A DNA stretch of 63,052 nt, the filler included, from Olpidium bornovanus S191 (taxonomy: Eukaryota > Fungi > Olpidiomycota), in the NCBI GenBank assembly GCA_017911155.1. It is 31 parts of 31 records of this genome, joined end to end, with 100 filler letters (N's around TTAATTAATTAA, not from the genome) between each part and the next. Parts side by side here need not be neighbours in the genome. Positions count along the whole stretch, not along the records: positions 1 to 3,795 come from JAEFCI010007809.1; positions 3,896 to 5,076 come from JAEFCI010000854.1; positions 5,177 to 6,491 come from JAEFCI010002867.1; positions 6,592 to 8,418 come from JAEFCI010000826.1; positions 8,519 to 9,846 come from JAEFCI010002181.1; positions 9,947 to 11,979 come from JAEFCI010009136.1; 25 more parts are not named here. One strand, 5' to 3'. The position numbers and the translations under genes were made by a program. Of this stretch, positions 1 through 10,772 are shown in pieces. The notes below the pieces were generated by a model. The model was not told the DNA's origin, searched no databases, and was given only the letters and a program-made list of their open reading frames with translations. Each line of letters opens with the position of its first letter. The first letter of the stretch is position 1.

Positions 1-73
1 AGTTTTAGCCTTTCTGGCTTCTTCCTCCTATTTTCTTCTTCACCCGGGGCGGAAAGGGCTTTCGGATTTGACG

Positions 74-215
74 TGTTGGGTTTTGGTTCGAGGCTTTCTG
101 GCGAACTATTCTTTACATGGGAACGGCCTTCTATATACTCCCATTCACTATTCTTTTGTCTCCCTGCAGCGTGCACACATCTTTTTATGGTACAACAATT
201 TGGTGTCGCAACGCG
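74..215 (+). mobile_element. Putative short LTR (74-197, 124 bp) plus primer-binding-site-like sequence of an LTR retroelement
   Basis: TGTTG...CAACA inverted termini, internal TATATA near 141, then ATT and TGGTGTCGCAACGCG (TGG-initiated, PBS-like). No second LTR or clear gag/pol seen downstream. Confidence 0.45.
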
Positions 216-1719
216 TTATTGGTTGTCTTCCCCCTTTTTGTCGTTGTGCCACCACCCGCACCGTCCAAAATTCTGAGCCCCGCGCTGTCCGCAGCACTCG
301 CTGTACCCGTGGCGTCAGACTCGGCCTTTACACGAAGCAAAGGCCCGCTTCGTTGCGCAGTGAGCGCTACCGGTTAACTGGCATAATTCCGTGCGCGGTG
401 GCGTAGACCAATGTCAGTCTTTCCAAACTGTTCCTTTTTGCGACAGCACTCTCTCTGTTCCTCCTGTCACTTCGTTTGTTATCTTGAGTCGGAGAATAAG
501 CTCGGGTAGTCGGAACTCGTCGCAGCAGGTGTCCATCAAAACTTACTTTCTTTCCTGTCCTTACCCGTCAATCCTCTTTTCTCTTCCACACCGGCACCCT
601 GTGTGTCTAGATGCGCCCGCACATGGCCAAGATCCAGACCTTAATCTAGAATGGGCTACATAATGCGTGCCAGCATGGTGGCACCTAAGCCATAATATCA
701 GCGAATTTTCCCCATGGCCCGCCATTTAGAATGTTTCCTGACCCAGCCGCTAGTGCCGGCACCGTGATATCGGATTTTGCACACGCGCGGCGTAAGCTGG
801 CTGTCAGGGAGTACGGGCCAACCTGGGGGAACGGCACTTTCGCGGTGAATTCCGACAACCAGCCAGAGGTGTTTCCGATGGGCGTTGCCACTGGGGACAT
901 CGGTACGAGTCGTCGACGTGGAGAGTGTCCGAACGCGGGGCATGTCGGCGTTTCGTTTCTCCAACTCAAGTTGGAATTGAAAAGAAGCCACTGGGCGCTA
1001 CATTCGTCGCGGGGCGAATGTTGACAGGTTGTGAGCGCTTTTTGACAGCAACAAGGGGTTTTCTTTTTTTCTTTGTGGAAAAAATGGGTAGGGGGGGAAG
1101 GGGGAAGGGAAAAAGCTGAAACGGGGCCAAAACGGAGGGGGGGATGCCCCAAAATGGAAGCCGAGTGGGGAAAAGGGAATGGAAGGGCAGGATTCAAACG
1201 GAGAATACCCAGAAAAAAAGTATGTAGTTACAACCACCTGGTCACACACCTTACGCGGGGACTAAAAATGCGTAACCCCCCTTCCGTCTTTCCTATGGAG
1301 AAAAAACCGCTTGGCGGGGGCCGCACCAACTTCTGAGCGGAAAAGCGTCCTCTGATTAATCTCGGCAAATGCTCCCTTGCGCACGACTGGACGAATTCCG
1401 TGCCAAGGCAGCAGCCCCGCACTACAGGCCATGTTCCAGAACCGCTCTATCACCTACTACGGACGGACACAGTTGGGCCTTGATCAACGATTCTAAAGAC
1501 TGTGCGGACTACGGTCCAGATTCACCTCATTGTCTAGTGCTAGCCGATAAGATTTTGGCTGGATAATCAGCCTTTTTCACGGGGGTGGTAGAAATACGCA
1601 AAAGGGCATTTTGTTCTACTTCGAAGGATGCATTAAACGCTTCCCATGGACGAGGGGCCAAGCACGCCTGGTGTACCTTAAGCCGGAATGCACAACTACG
1701 ATTCACCTGCTGATTGAGA

Positions 1720-3795
1720 TTACCCGTCGAGGTCAACTTCGAGATCTTCGTCGTCACGTTCCTCCGCGCTTTCCGCCTGCTCTTCGGTTACGACAGACGA
1801 GCCCGTGTCGTCCTCCGACGTCCTCTGGAATTCTTCTCGCCTAGCTGAAGCACGCCCGGCCGAGCACGACTTCTCCCGCCGCGGTCCCGGCGCGCCGCCT
1901 GGTCTGATTTCCGTTTTCGCCTTTTGCCACCCGTCAGGTTCGCCTATATCACCGTTCCCTTCAGAGTCCGAGTCTGCCTCTTCCGCCGACGGTGACGCAG
2001 CGTCGCTCGTCTCGCGTTGAGTCCTCCGTCTGCCGCTTTCTGTGGTACTTCGACGGTGGTTGGCGCCCATCAGCAAGTGTCCTTCTGTAGCACCAACCTC
2101 GACACTTGGTGACTCCCGGCCATGTGCATGGCTGGCGTTGCCAACAGCATCCTCTTCAGCGCCCGGTGGCGGGATTGCTCTCCCTGAGCTCCTTCCCGCG
2201 GCTTGCGAGTAGCCAGTTCCCTTTTGGCAAGCTGGCATTGATCCGCCGCGTCTTGCTTTCCTTTCCGCACGCCGCCGCTTACCGATCGGCTCCCCTTCAC
2301 CTTCAGAATAATCTGCTTCTCCTCCTTCCTCCAGCGCACGCTTGCGAGCACGAATCGACCTCTGCAAAGCCGTTCGCATTCGCGGTATGAAAATTAAGCT
2401 TTGTTAACTGGCGAAGAAGACCGGTGGGGCACCCTCTGTCACCCGTACCAGGGAATTCTGTCGCCGCTCCTCGTCCTCCTCGTAGTCGTACTGAACTATC
2501 TCGTCAACCTCCCCTTCGTCGCTGGTGTCGGCCTCACGAGGAACCTGAGAAGAAACCTCCTCGCCGGCAATATTTCGGTGTTTAAGGTTGCCTGCAGCAC
2601 AACATTCAAGAGTCAACGGATGAACAATATTTTCTCGGATATTATCATGTGCTTCCATACCGATCGAAAAAGCGTGCAAGCAGTTGTTGCTGTCCAGCAT
2701 CGCTTTTACCCGAAAAAGAAGTGTTTCGAGTGACTTCCGCACTTGGGGGACATTGGCAGTGAGCGCAAGGTCCTTCGAAACCTTGGAATGGCCGCAGACG
2801 GTCTGGGGGCGGCGACGGCGTGTACATCAGCACCTGATCGCTGGATTTCACTGTAATTCAGCATATAAACGACTCGCAAAATCACCTGCAGGCTCCGCGT
2901 GGAGGTCTGTAGCGCTTTCAGAATTGCGAGGATGTCGGCCGAGTACTTCCTGAAAGTGCGTTCAAAAAACGGCATCACCCTTCTCACGAAAGCGTCGATA
3001 AACTGGCGCCCGTGCCGGAGGATAAGCGCGAGTATTTGTCGCCTGTCGTCAGATTTGGCTACGGCAACTAATTGCTGCCAGCACTTGACGATTGCCTCAA
3101 CCCGTTTTATCGCCGCCAGCGCCGCATCGGATTGCTCCGCATTTTCTGGCGGCTCGTGCTCCTGGCGCCGTTTCGGAGTTGATGATCTATCAATCACCTC
3201 CGAAAGTGGGAGCGTATTGAGGATGTTGATCAACTCCAAGTTAAGTGCTTTGAAAAAAACCGTGAATGTTTCCTTTGTCAGAAGTGGATGGGTGTTCAGC
3301 AAACCAGTGTTGCGCTCGAAAAATGCTGGAATAACGGTGAAAACGTAGTTGTTGACGACAGCGATGGGAGATTTCGCGCATGCAAGCTCTTGGCCAACGA
3401 GAAATGCGAGGTTGTCTGCCTGGGTGGCAGTCAGACAGATTGCGCAAAACGTAGAGCAGCAGATGTCAAAGGGTGCAGCACTGACCTTAACCTTCTTCCA
3501 ATCCTTCCAGTCGCTGGCCGTGAGGAAGGACTGTGCCAACTCCCCAAGGCGCCCCCTCATCTCAACATTCTCAGGTTGGAACTCCGCAATCCTCGTCAGA
3601 AGCCTGAACAAGCAGACGGAAATCGGGGCCGAATAAACCCGTTCCGTGAATTGCGCAATATATTCGAATGCGTCCGGAACGGCTTCCTTGAGCGGCGGAC
3701 ACGCCGTCGGTTCGCTTTCGGGAGGAGCAGGTGTGCGGCGTGCTAATTCATAAACGATGGCCTGTGGCGAGGGGGAGAGGGCTGTTAAAACCATG
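1720..3795 (-). CDS. FANCD2: Fanconi anemia group D2 protein, C-terminal part (5'-partial, spliced)
   Basis: Spliced translation LRHGRQFIDAFVRRVMPFFERTFRKYSADILAILKALQTSTRSLQ|TVCGHSK...VPQVRKSLETLLFRVKAMLDSNNCLHAFSIG|NLKHRNIAGEEVSSQ matches the FANCD2 C-terminus. GT-AG introns at 2803-2885, 2592-2660, 2362-2448 and probably 3420-3485. The acidic last exon (1720-2361) is inferred from splice phase. Confidence 0.9.
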
Positions 3796-3895
3796 NNNNN
3801 NNNNNNNNNNNNNNNNNNNNNNNNNNNNNNNNNNNNNNNTTAATTAATTAANNNNNNNNNNNNNNNNNNNNNNNNNNNNNNNNNNNNNNNNNNNN
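3796..3895. other. Artificial contig-joining spacer (first of 30 in the window)
   Basis: 44 N + TTAATTAATTAA (stops in all six frames) + 44 N, repeated at every gap. Confidence 0.99.
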
Positions 3896-5076
3896 CATGA
3901 GCCTGTTGGAAACGATTTTTCGCTTTCGGTGTTCGACCGGACAATACTTCCTGCGAAGCCCCGAATAACGTCCGTCAAGTCGTCGCAAATCGCAGTGCGG
4001 AAACATTGAGTAGCACGAATCACCCGAATTTGCTTGGGGCCTTCACGCCGTGGTTCAGGATGCTTCGCGCAGCTTCGCCCTCCAAGCTCACAGGCTGGCA
4101 CAAGAGACTCTCTCGCTGCGCGCGAAGGTGGCCGCCACGGGTGGCGGGTTGGTCAGGTCGGCTTGAGAACTTCGACTCGCGCCAGCGGAGATAGAGCGAG
4201 AAAAAGAAAGAGCGAAGGAGGGGATCTCACGTGGTCCAGAAACTTCCTCAAACGCGTCCTCACGACGCTGAGGCAAGCGCGGATCGACTTGTTGGCCTCC
4301 ACCTCGACCAGCGGAATCTGACTCTGGGTTTCGATGGTGTTTGCGACATCCCCGAACCGCAGGTTCTCTTTCTCGCAGCTGTGCGTCGGCGTCGGGTGTC
4401 GGCGCGGAAAGGTTTCGTCTTCTCAGGAAACGGGCGGCTTTGAATAAAGTCACGCTCACTTGTCCATGTACTCGACCAGCATGTCGTGTTCCGCCTCCTC
4501 AATCCTGAAATATGCACGCGGGGCAGAAAGGCTCGGGCCGTTCAGGCATCTTGCCGTCTCGAAGTTGCGCCCAACCAGCAAAGAGATATTGGCAAACGAA
4601 ACTCAGCCAAGCTCCTCGAACGGTCGCGTCGCGCCTGCAGCCTCTCTGCTGCCAGGTCGGGCTCGATCTTGAAATTGAGTATCGCGTCCACGTGGAACCC
4701 CTGTTTGATCATTATCTCGGCTTCCATTTTACTCCTCGGAAACCCTTCTAACCAGAAGCCTTTCGAGACGTACGGCTGAGCCGCGGCAAAGTCAATTTCA
4801 CCTGCACGAGATAACGCTCAAGCATGGTGGTCTTCACTACACAACGCAGGGCAGTCCCGCCACCCCCCACGTTTTGTCGATACCTCGTGGTTGAAAAGGG
4901 TCGATAGTATGTCGACCACGACCGGCGGCGATAGGATTCCCGCATTCTCTTTAATCATGTAGTCGATCTCGGCCGCGACGTCGGGTTGCTGCCTGTTCTT
5001 GTAAGCCTCAAGGTATTCATCAAAATCCACGTGGGGCGCACCGAATGCGCTCAACTGCGGGTGCAAAAGTATGGTC
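3896..5076 (-). CDS. AK9: Adenylate kinase 9-like multi-domain nucleoside monophosphate kinase, internal fragment (spliced)
   Basis: Exons give HE|PYVSKGFWLEGFPRSKMEAEIMIKQGFHVDAILNFKIEPDLAAERL (AK core, G-F-x-L-[DE]-G-F-P-R), then IPLVEVEANKSIRACLSVVRTRLRKFLDH|RESLLCQPV...ARSILNHGVKAPSKFG|KYCPV, paralleling the AK9 segment that leads into S-x-F-G-x-x-[DC]-P-V. Confidence 0.75.
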
Positions 5077-5224
5077 NNNNNNNNNNNNNNNNNNNNNNNN
5101 NNNNNNNNNNNNNNNNNNNNTTAATTAATTAANNNNNNNNNNNNNNNNNNNNNNNNNNNNNNNNNNNNNNNNNNNNCAAAAAAAAACAACAAACCTTCCC
5201 CCGATCGCGGCTGACGCCCGAGGC

Positions 5225-6442
5225 CGTTTGCTGCCTGGGCCCCATCCCAAGGTCCGGAAGAAGTGCGAAAATGACAATCTGTGCTACGAGATCATGGATT
5301 GGATGGAAGCGGTGGGTCAACACACCCCACCCCACCCCCCCTTCCACCTCACCCCACATCTCCCCGCGCTCAGTCGGCCCGTAAAAATTTCTCGGGTGCG
5401 CTTCGGCTGCTCATCCCGCACGCCGTGACGCCGCAGTACCTGAACAGAGATGACGTGAAATGGCAGCTGGGAGTCGGCGACAGGACGTTCAGAACGTGGT
5501 ACGTGGGGGAAAAATGACGCAGCGGCACGGGAGGCTCTTTTTTTCTTTAGCGACACGTTCGGCCAGCTCACCCTTGTCGTCCCCCCCCCCCTCTTCTCCC
5601 CCCGTCCCACTCCGCCCCCGCGACTGCGACCGCGCGAAGCAACATGAGCCTGAACGTAAAGTTTCAGTTCGCCGGCGACTGGTACGGAACCGGCAATTTC
5701 GCACTTCGCCTTCCTCACTGCCCCCTTCCCCCACCTGCCCGGTTTCTTCACGGCTGCTTATTATTATTGTTATTATTATTTATTTGTCCTTCGCGATCTG
5801 GTGGGGCGTTAAAAAAACTTGTTGGCAAAGGATGCGAGCGTACGTCCGTCAAGTTCCCGTCATCCTCGCTGCCGGGATACGGGTGTTGATCTACGCCGGA
5901 GACGCCGACTTTATATGGTTTGCCATAAACGTTTTTTTTTTCGGGCAAATCGCGCAGTGCCGGAGAGTCGGGGCGGCCTGTTGGACAGAGGGCGTGTTCG
6001 TCGTTCATGCACGTCCTAAAATTCTGGGCCCCCTTTTTCTGCCCGGTTTTCATTTTTTTTTTCAAAGCAACTACATGGGAAACAAAGCCTGGTACGCCGC
6101 TTTCCTTTACGAATTTTCCCCTCTGGAACGCGCCAACGTAGCTGACAATACGCACTTGTCGGCTCACCTCTACCTCCCCCGGTCGTCTCCTCCTTGCCAC
6201 CGCCGCCTCCTCTTACGCTCTGGACGCCTTAAAGGACTCTGGAGCTCGAGTGGCCGGGACAGGACGAGTTCAACGCGGCGGAAGACAAGGCGTGGCCCGA
6301 CGAAAAGCGGAGCCTGGGCGAGCTCCGGACGCACTCGAACTTTTCCTACCTCCGCGTCTACCGCGCCGGGCACATGGTCCCCATGGACCAGCCGGAGGCG
6401 GCTCTGACGATGATCAACCGGTGGATCAAAAACAAGCTTTGA
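5225..6442 (+). CDS. PRC1: Serine carboxypeptidase (S10, carboxypeptidase Y-like), C-terminal part (spliced)
   Basis: Spliced: CENDNLCYEIMDWMEA|YLNRDDVKWQLGV...C|NMSLNVKFQFAGDW|MRAYVRQVPVILAAGIRVLIYAGDADFIC|NYMGNKAW|TLELEWPGQDEF...FSYLRVYRAGHMVPMDQPEAALTMINRWI. Catalytic Asp (GDADFIC) and His (AGHMVP) motifs present; stop TGA 6440-6442. Confidence 0.9.
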
Positions 6443-6591
6443 ATGAAAGGGGCGAATGGGAACGGGGAGAGGTGAAGGGGGAGTTGGGGGGNNNNNNNNN
6501 NNNNNNNNNNNNNNNNNNNNNNNNNNNNNNNNNNNTTAATTAATTAANNNNNNNNNNNNNNNNNNNNNNNNNNNNNNNNNNNNNNNNNNNN

Positions 6592-8090
6592 CATGCCGGC
6601 GACCAGGTGTTTATCATCGGGCTGCGCGGAAGAAACAAGTATGTCCAACGTGAACGAAAGTCAAAAAGTCCGACATCCACATTCGCGAAACTCGGTGAAA
6701 CGACAGCGCAAGAAGGTCCCTTACCGATAGCGCGACGCGTAGGACCGGCGCCGGGTACTTTACGCTGTGTACGACGCTGTAATCGCTGACGTTGAAGACC
6801 TTGACGTGGTGGTCCAGGCTGCCCGTCAGCAGACGCGAGCCGGCGCCGTCGAGGCAGAGAGACGTGACCGTTTTCTGGTGGTTCGACAGGGAGTACAACT
6901 GCTTGCCACCGGACAGAAGATCGAAAATCTTCACGTTTGGCCCGCCGGCGGCAGCGCAAAGGCTGCCAGACGGGAAAAACAGCACCGACTCTACGGGCGC
7001 GGTGTGTCGCATCGTTATCGCCGCGCTCGACGAGGAGGACCGCAAGTCCCAGAGCTTGAGGGTGTGGTCGTACGACCCCGACAGCACCAGGGAAGGGTTC
7101 TCGGGGCTTACCATGCCAGCGCGAACATAATCCTAATCCACCCCGCCCCGACGATGTTTGGCGTCAGCCTGCACGGAGGCATAAGACAAGGGAGGACCAA
7201 GCCACAAGAAACTCCGCGGTTACGCAACACACCTCATGTTCGCTGAAAACATGGAGCGGGGTTTCGGTTGGCAGATCCCATACGCGAACGGTTTTGTCGT
7301 CGGAGCACGTCAGAACTTGGGTATTGTTCGACGAGAACGTCGCGACGCGCACGGGACTACGCGGAGCATCGGCGGGTAAAAGGTTTCAGAAGCACAGTTC
7401 TGACGGCTCGGGCGACGCGCGGTTTCCACCTGGAGACGGGCACGGGCGGCCTGCTCAAACCGGACTCACTGGACGTGGCTCCGTAGTTTTCGGAGGACGG
7501 CTCTGCTGGACAGGTCGAACACCTGGACCAGTCCCGTGGCGTCCCCGGCGACAAGGAGTTTGCCGTCGTCGCGGAAGGCCGCCGAGAGCACGACGTCCTG
7601 GAACCGCGATATCGTTTTCTTCACCGAGTGCGTCTGCGAGCTGTACACCTGAGCACGGGTTGAGGACGTGACCACGAAGTCGTGGGGCGCGGCCGGGCTG
7701 AAGTGGACACAGGAAATAGCGTCGAACTCCTTGATGAGGATCGGCGACTGGCGACCGCGGATAAAAAGCAAGAAGCGGGAGGGATTCCGCCAAAAACCGG
7801 ATAAAAACGCAGTTAGCCGGGGGGGCGGTTAAGGAGGGCGGAGATCGCGGACGGGGGCGTGGTGCGGACACGACAAAAAGGCGCGGAAGGGCTAGCGGAC
7901 GCAACTTTCGCCGTTCCTTCCGCCGACCCACCTTGAACTTCCTCCAGTACCTCTGCTCCGCGGTCTTCCTCCCCGGCAAGCGCGCGTAGCGCTTTATGGG
8001 CAGTCGTTTGAAGTGCCCCACCGTCGACGGGGCGTGCGGAGGCACCACCAGCGCTCCCTGCGCCTGCAGAGCGGCAGCGACGGCGTCCAT
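6592..8090 (-). CDS. UTP15: U3 snoRNA-associated WD40 protein 15 (3'-partial, spliced)
   Basis: N-terminal EQRYWRKFK|SPILIKEF...HFSPAAPHDFVVTSSTRAQVYSSQTHSVKKTISRFQDVVLSAAFRDDGKLLVAGDATGLVQVFD, WD repeats (SGSYDHTLKLWD, NHQKTVTSL, GSLDHHVKVF) and YPAPVL. ATG at 8090. Confidence 0.92.
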
Positions 8091-8131
8091 GGGAGGGCCG
8101 GGAGGACGAAGCGGGTTGACGAAGCGGGTTC

Positions 8132-8174
<43 letters not shown>

Positions 8175-8302
8175 GTTTGGGGGGGGGGGGGAAGGGGGGG
8201 GGGGGGGGAAAAAGAAGTTTTTTTTTTTTTTTTTTTTTTTTTTCTGGAGGACGGAAAAGAAACGAAAACACGCATCATCATCAGAAGGAAAAGGAGACAA
8301 GG

Positions 8303-8418
<116 letters not shown>

Positions 8419-8518
8419 NNNNNNNNNNNNNNNNNNNNNNNNNNNNNNNNNNNNNNNNNNNNTTAATTAATTAANNNNNNNNNNNNNNNNNNNNNNNNNN
8501 NNNNNNNNNNNNNNNNNN

Positions 8519-8759
8519 GTCTCCGGTTCGCCGAAGCGAGAGAGGCGGAGATGGCGGCGGCGGCCGGGAAGCGGTGGCGGCAGCCGGAAGGCGGCGGCGG
8601 CAGCCGGAAAGCGGCGGCGGCAGCCGGGAGGCGGCGGCGGCAGCCGGAAGGCGGGGGCGGCAGCCGGAAAGCGGCGGCGGCAGCCGGAAGGCGGCGGCGG
8701 CAGCCGGAAAGCGGCGGCGAGTCTCCGGTTCGCCGAAGCGAGAGAGGCGGAGATGGCGG
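8519..8759. repeat. 20-bp GC-rich tandem array (7 units) flanked by ~39-bp direct repeats, in the leader of LTR element copy 1
   Basis: Unit GCGGCGGCGGCAGCCGGAA(G/A) at 8571-8710; GTCTCCGGTTCGCCGAAGCGAGAGAGGCGGAGATGGCGG at 8519-8557 and 8721-8759. Confidence 0.9.
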
Positions 8760-8797
8760 GAGAGGCGGAGATGGCGGCGGCGGCCGTCAGAATCCGG

Positions 8798-8934
8798 TTG
8801 GGCTCATAACCTGTGAAAGTTATGTGTTTCGCCGTCTGTGCCCTGGCAAGGCGGCAGACGCGTTCGCGTTTCATTAAAGGAAGGAGGAATAAACTATTGT
8901 AAACATTCAGGGGTTCCAACTATACTGTCCAACA
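8798..8934 (-). mobile_element. Copia-like LTR (8812-8934, 123 bp) with half-tRNAiMet PBS (8798-8811), copy 1
   Basis: Minus strand TGTTGG...TTTCACA followed immediately by GGTTATGAGCCCAA, complementary to the initiator tRNA-Met anticodon arm as in Ty5 and Drosophila copia. Confidence 0.8.
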
Positions 8935-9160
8935 GCTTGTAGGCAAAGAACTTGTCGGCTTCGGTAAGGTCGGGGAGGAGGAGCGCCAGCCGGCGGAACT
9001 CCTCCGTGTAGAGGCTCGCGGAGCCGGTTTGTTGGAGGCTGGCAAGCCTCCTCCGCACGTTCTCTTCTTCCAGGGGGTCACCCCAGCGGCGGAAAAAGAG
9101 GCGGCGAAACTTGGTGAAGTTGGGCACCGAGCCTGCCAGGCTTTGGAACCATGCCGCCGT
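8935..9160 (-). mobile_element. Ty3/gypsy gag fragment (Retrotrans_gag-like), interrupted by the copia-like LTR
   Basis: AAWFQSLAGSVPNFTKFRRLFFRRWGDPLEEENVRRRLASLQQTGSASLYTEEFRRLALLLPDLTEADKFFAYK fits the W...F..F...F...W-G-D-P...L..L.Q.G.S...Y..EF..L pattern. In-frame stop upstream; the frame ends at the LTR TG. Confidence 0.8.
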
Positions 9161-10149
9161 TTAGTCCGGGGGGAGGGGGGAAGACCGCGGTGCGGGGGCC
9201 AAAGCACCCAAGGTGAGCATTTCCATTTGACATTTCCATTTGCCTTTCCTTGAATATTCCCCACCTTACTTTTTCTTGGCATTTAGACTGACATCTTCTA
9301 TTGGTGCAGACAGAAAGGTTATTATGCCTGGCACTGCCCCAATTGTCTTCAACAAAAGAAGGCTTCCGGGGGTGCCGAGCGCCTCTACACAAGGGTAGGC
9401 GGGAGGGGAGGGCGGGGAGGGAGGAGGGGGGGAAGGGGATGGGGAGAAATGCGAATCATCTACATTGTAACAAGGGAAGTACGAAATCTGCGCAATGCAC
9501 GGTCTGGAGTTTGTATTTAACGAGTCTAGCTCTGGAATCTGCATCTGGATCCGCAGTTCTGGAGTGAACTAGCTATCTGGTTCTTGTTTTCTGCGTTTTA
9601 AGGTACAGAGAACATAGGCGCTTTATATAGGTGCAGCCTACTGCCGGTGCCAGTGCGGTTATGCGGTGTGTGTTCTGGTGTACTGTGGAGGGTCAAGTCG
9701 CGCTTTTGTGGCACCGCGGTCAGGTCCTTGGTAGGAGGTCGCAGAGTGAAAGCGTTGTATTCAGGTCAGAGAGATATTACTCTCGAGGTAAGTACGTAAA
9801 GTACAGAGGAGGCAAACCAAGGAGAAGTTTGATAAGGTAATACACANNNNNNNNNNNNNNNNNNNNNNNNNNNNNNNNNNNNNNNNNNNNTTAATTAATT
9901 AANNNNNNNNNNNNNNNNNNNNNNNNNNNNNNNNNNNNNNNNNNNNCATGTAGGAAATTGGGGCAGCGAGGGGTCGGGGTTGGAAAAGGTTGAAGCGGCG
10001 GGAGATCGGACCTAGGGTAGTGTTTGCAGCAGCAGGAGGTTAGGGTTAGTAGTTACGGCTATTGGGGTTGATAGATTTGTTGGGGCCGAATCTCGTCAGT
10101 TACCGGAGGTTATTAGTTACGGAGATATTGGGTTGATGTGGAAAAATCC

Positions 10150-10440
10150 CGTTACCCGTTCCACAGGCTGTTTAAGCCGTTGGCATTCAAGTTGGCGAGA
10201 AGGACCAGTTTGCGCATGTGCCAGACATGACCTCACACGGAGGGTTCGTCCAACCTTCGCCTCCCGCGACGTACTGGCAGAAGTGACGAAAGCGGTGATC
10301 CAGCGTTCGCACAGCGAGGCACGAACTTTGATTTGCGGCCCGTACGGGCTCATTACTGCTCATGAACTGCCGACGTTGTACCACCTGCAGTCAGAATTTG
10401 ACTTGCAAACATTGGTACAAATTGTCAGCAAATTCGCCAC
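10150..10440 (-). pseudogene. Possible decayed retroviral-type integrase fragment
   Basis: Adjacent frames give SPYGPQ and AVRTLDHRFRHFC...GW, loosely like the S-P-Y-H-P-Q...ER..RTL...LR...W integrase core. Needs frameshifts. Confidence 0.3.
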
Positions 10441-10772
10441 TCGCCAATAGGCTAGAGGTCGAAGCAGTATGGCCGGGCAGCTGCCACAACGACGCGCCTC
10501 GTTGCATTACAAAGTGATAGCATGCGTAAATCTCCTAAGCCATCTCGTTCCACCCTGGCCCAAGGCCGGACATCAAAATCAACCGTGTCACAATGTAAAG
10601 CACGGCGAAGATGGCGGACCGTCGGGTCCCGCGGCCGAATGCAAAGAATCCGCAAGGGGGTCCGCTGGGTGGCGTATGCGGCGCCCAAGCTTCCTTCCCA
10701 TACACCGAACGGCCGAAACCGGGGAAAACACCCCAATATAACATGCGCCACATAAAAATCACAGAAATCCTA

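Noticed and set aside
8519-8759. CRISPR-like or coding repeat array
   Set aside because: Contiguous 20-bp units with no unique spacers in a eukaryotic LTR-element leader; the unit is not a multiple of three.
10037-10050. GGTTAGGGTTAG telomere-like repeat
   Set aside because: Only two units with no structured context; compatible with chance.
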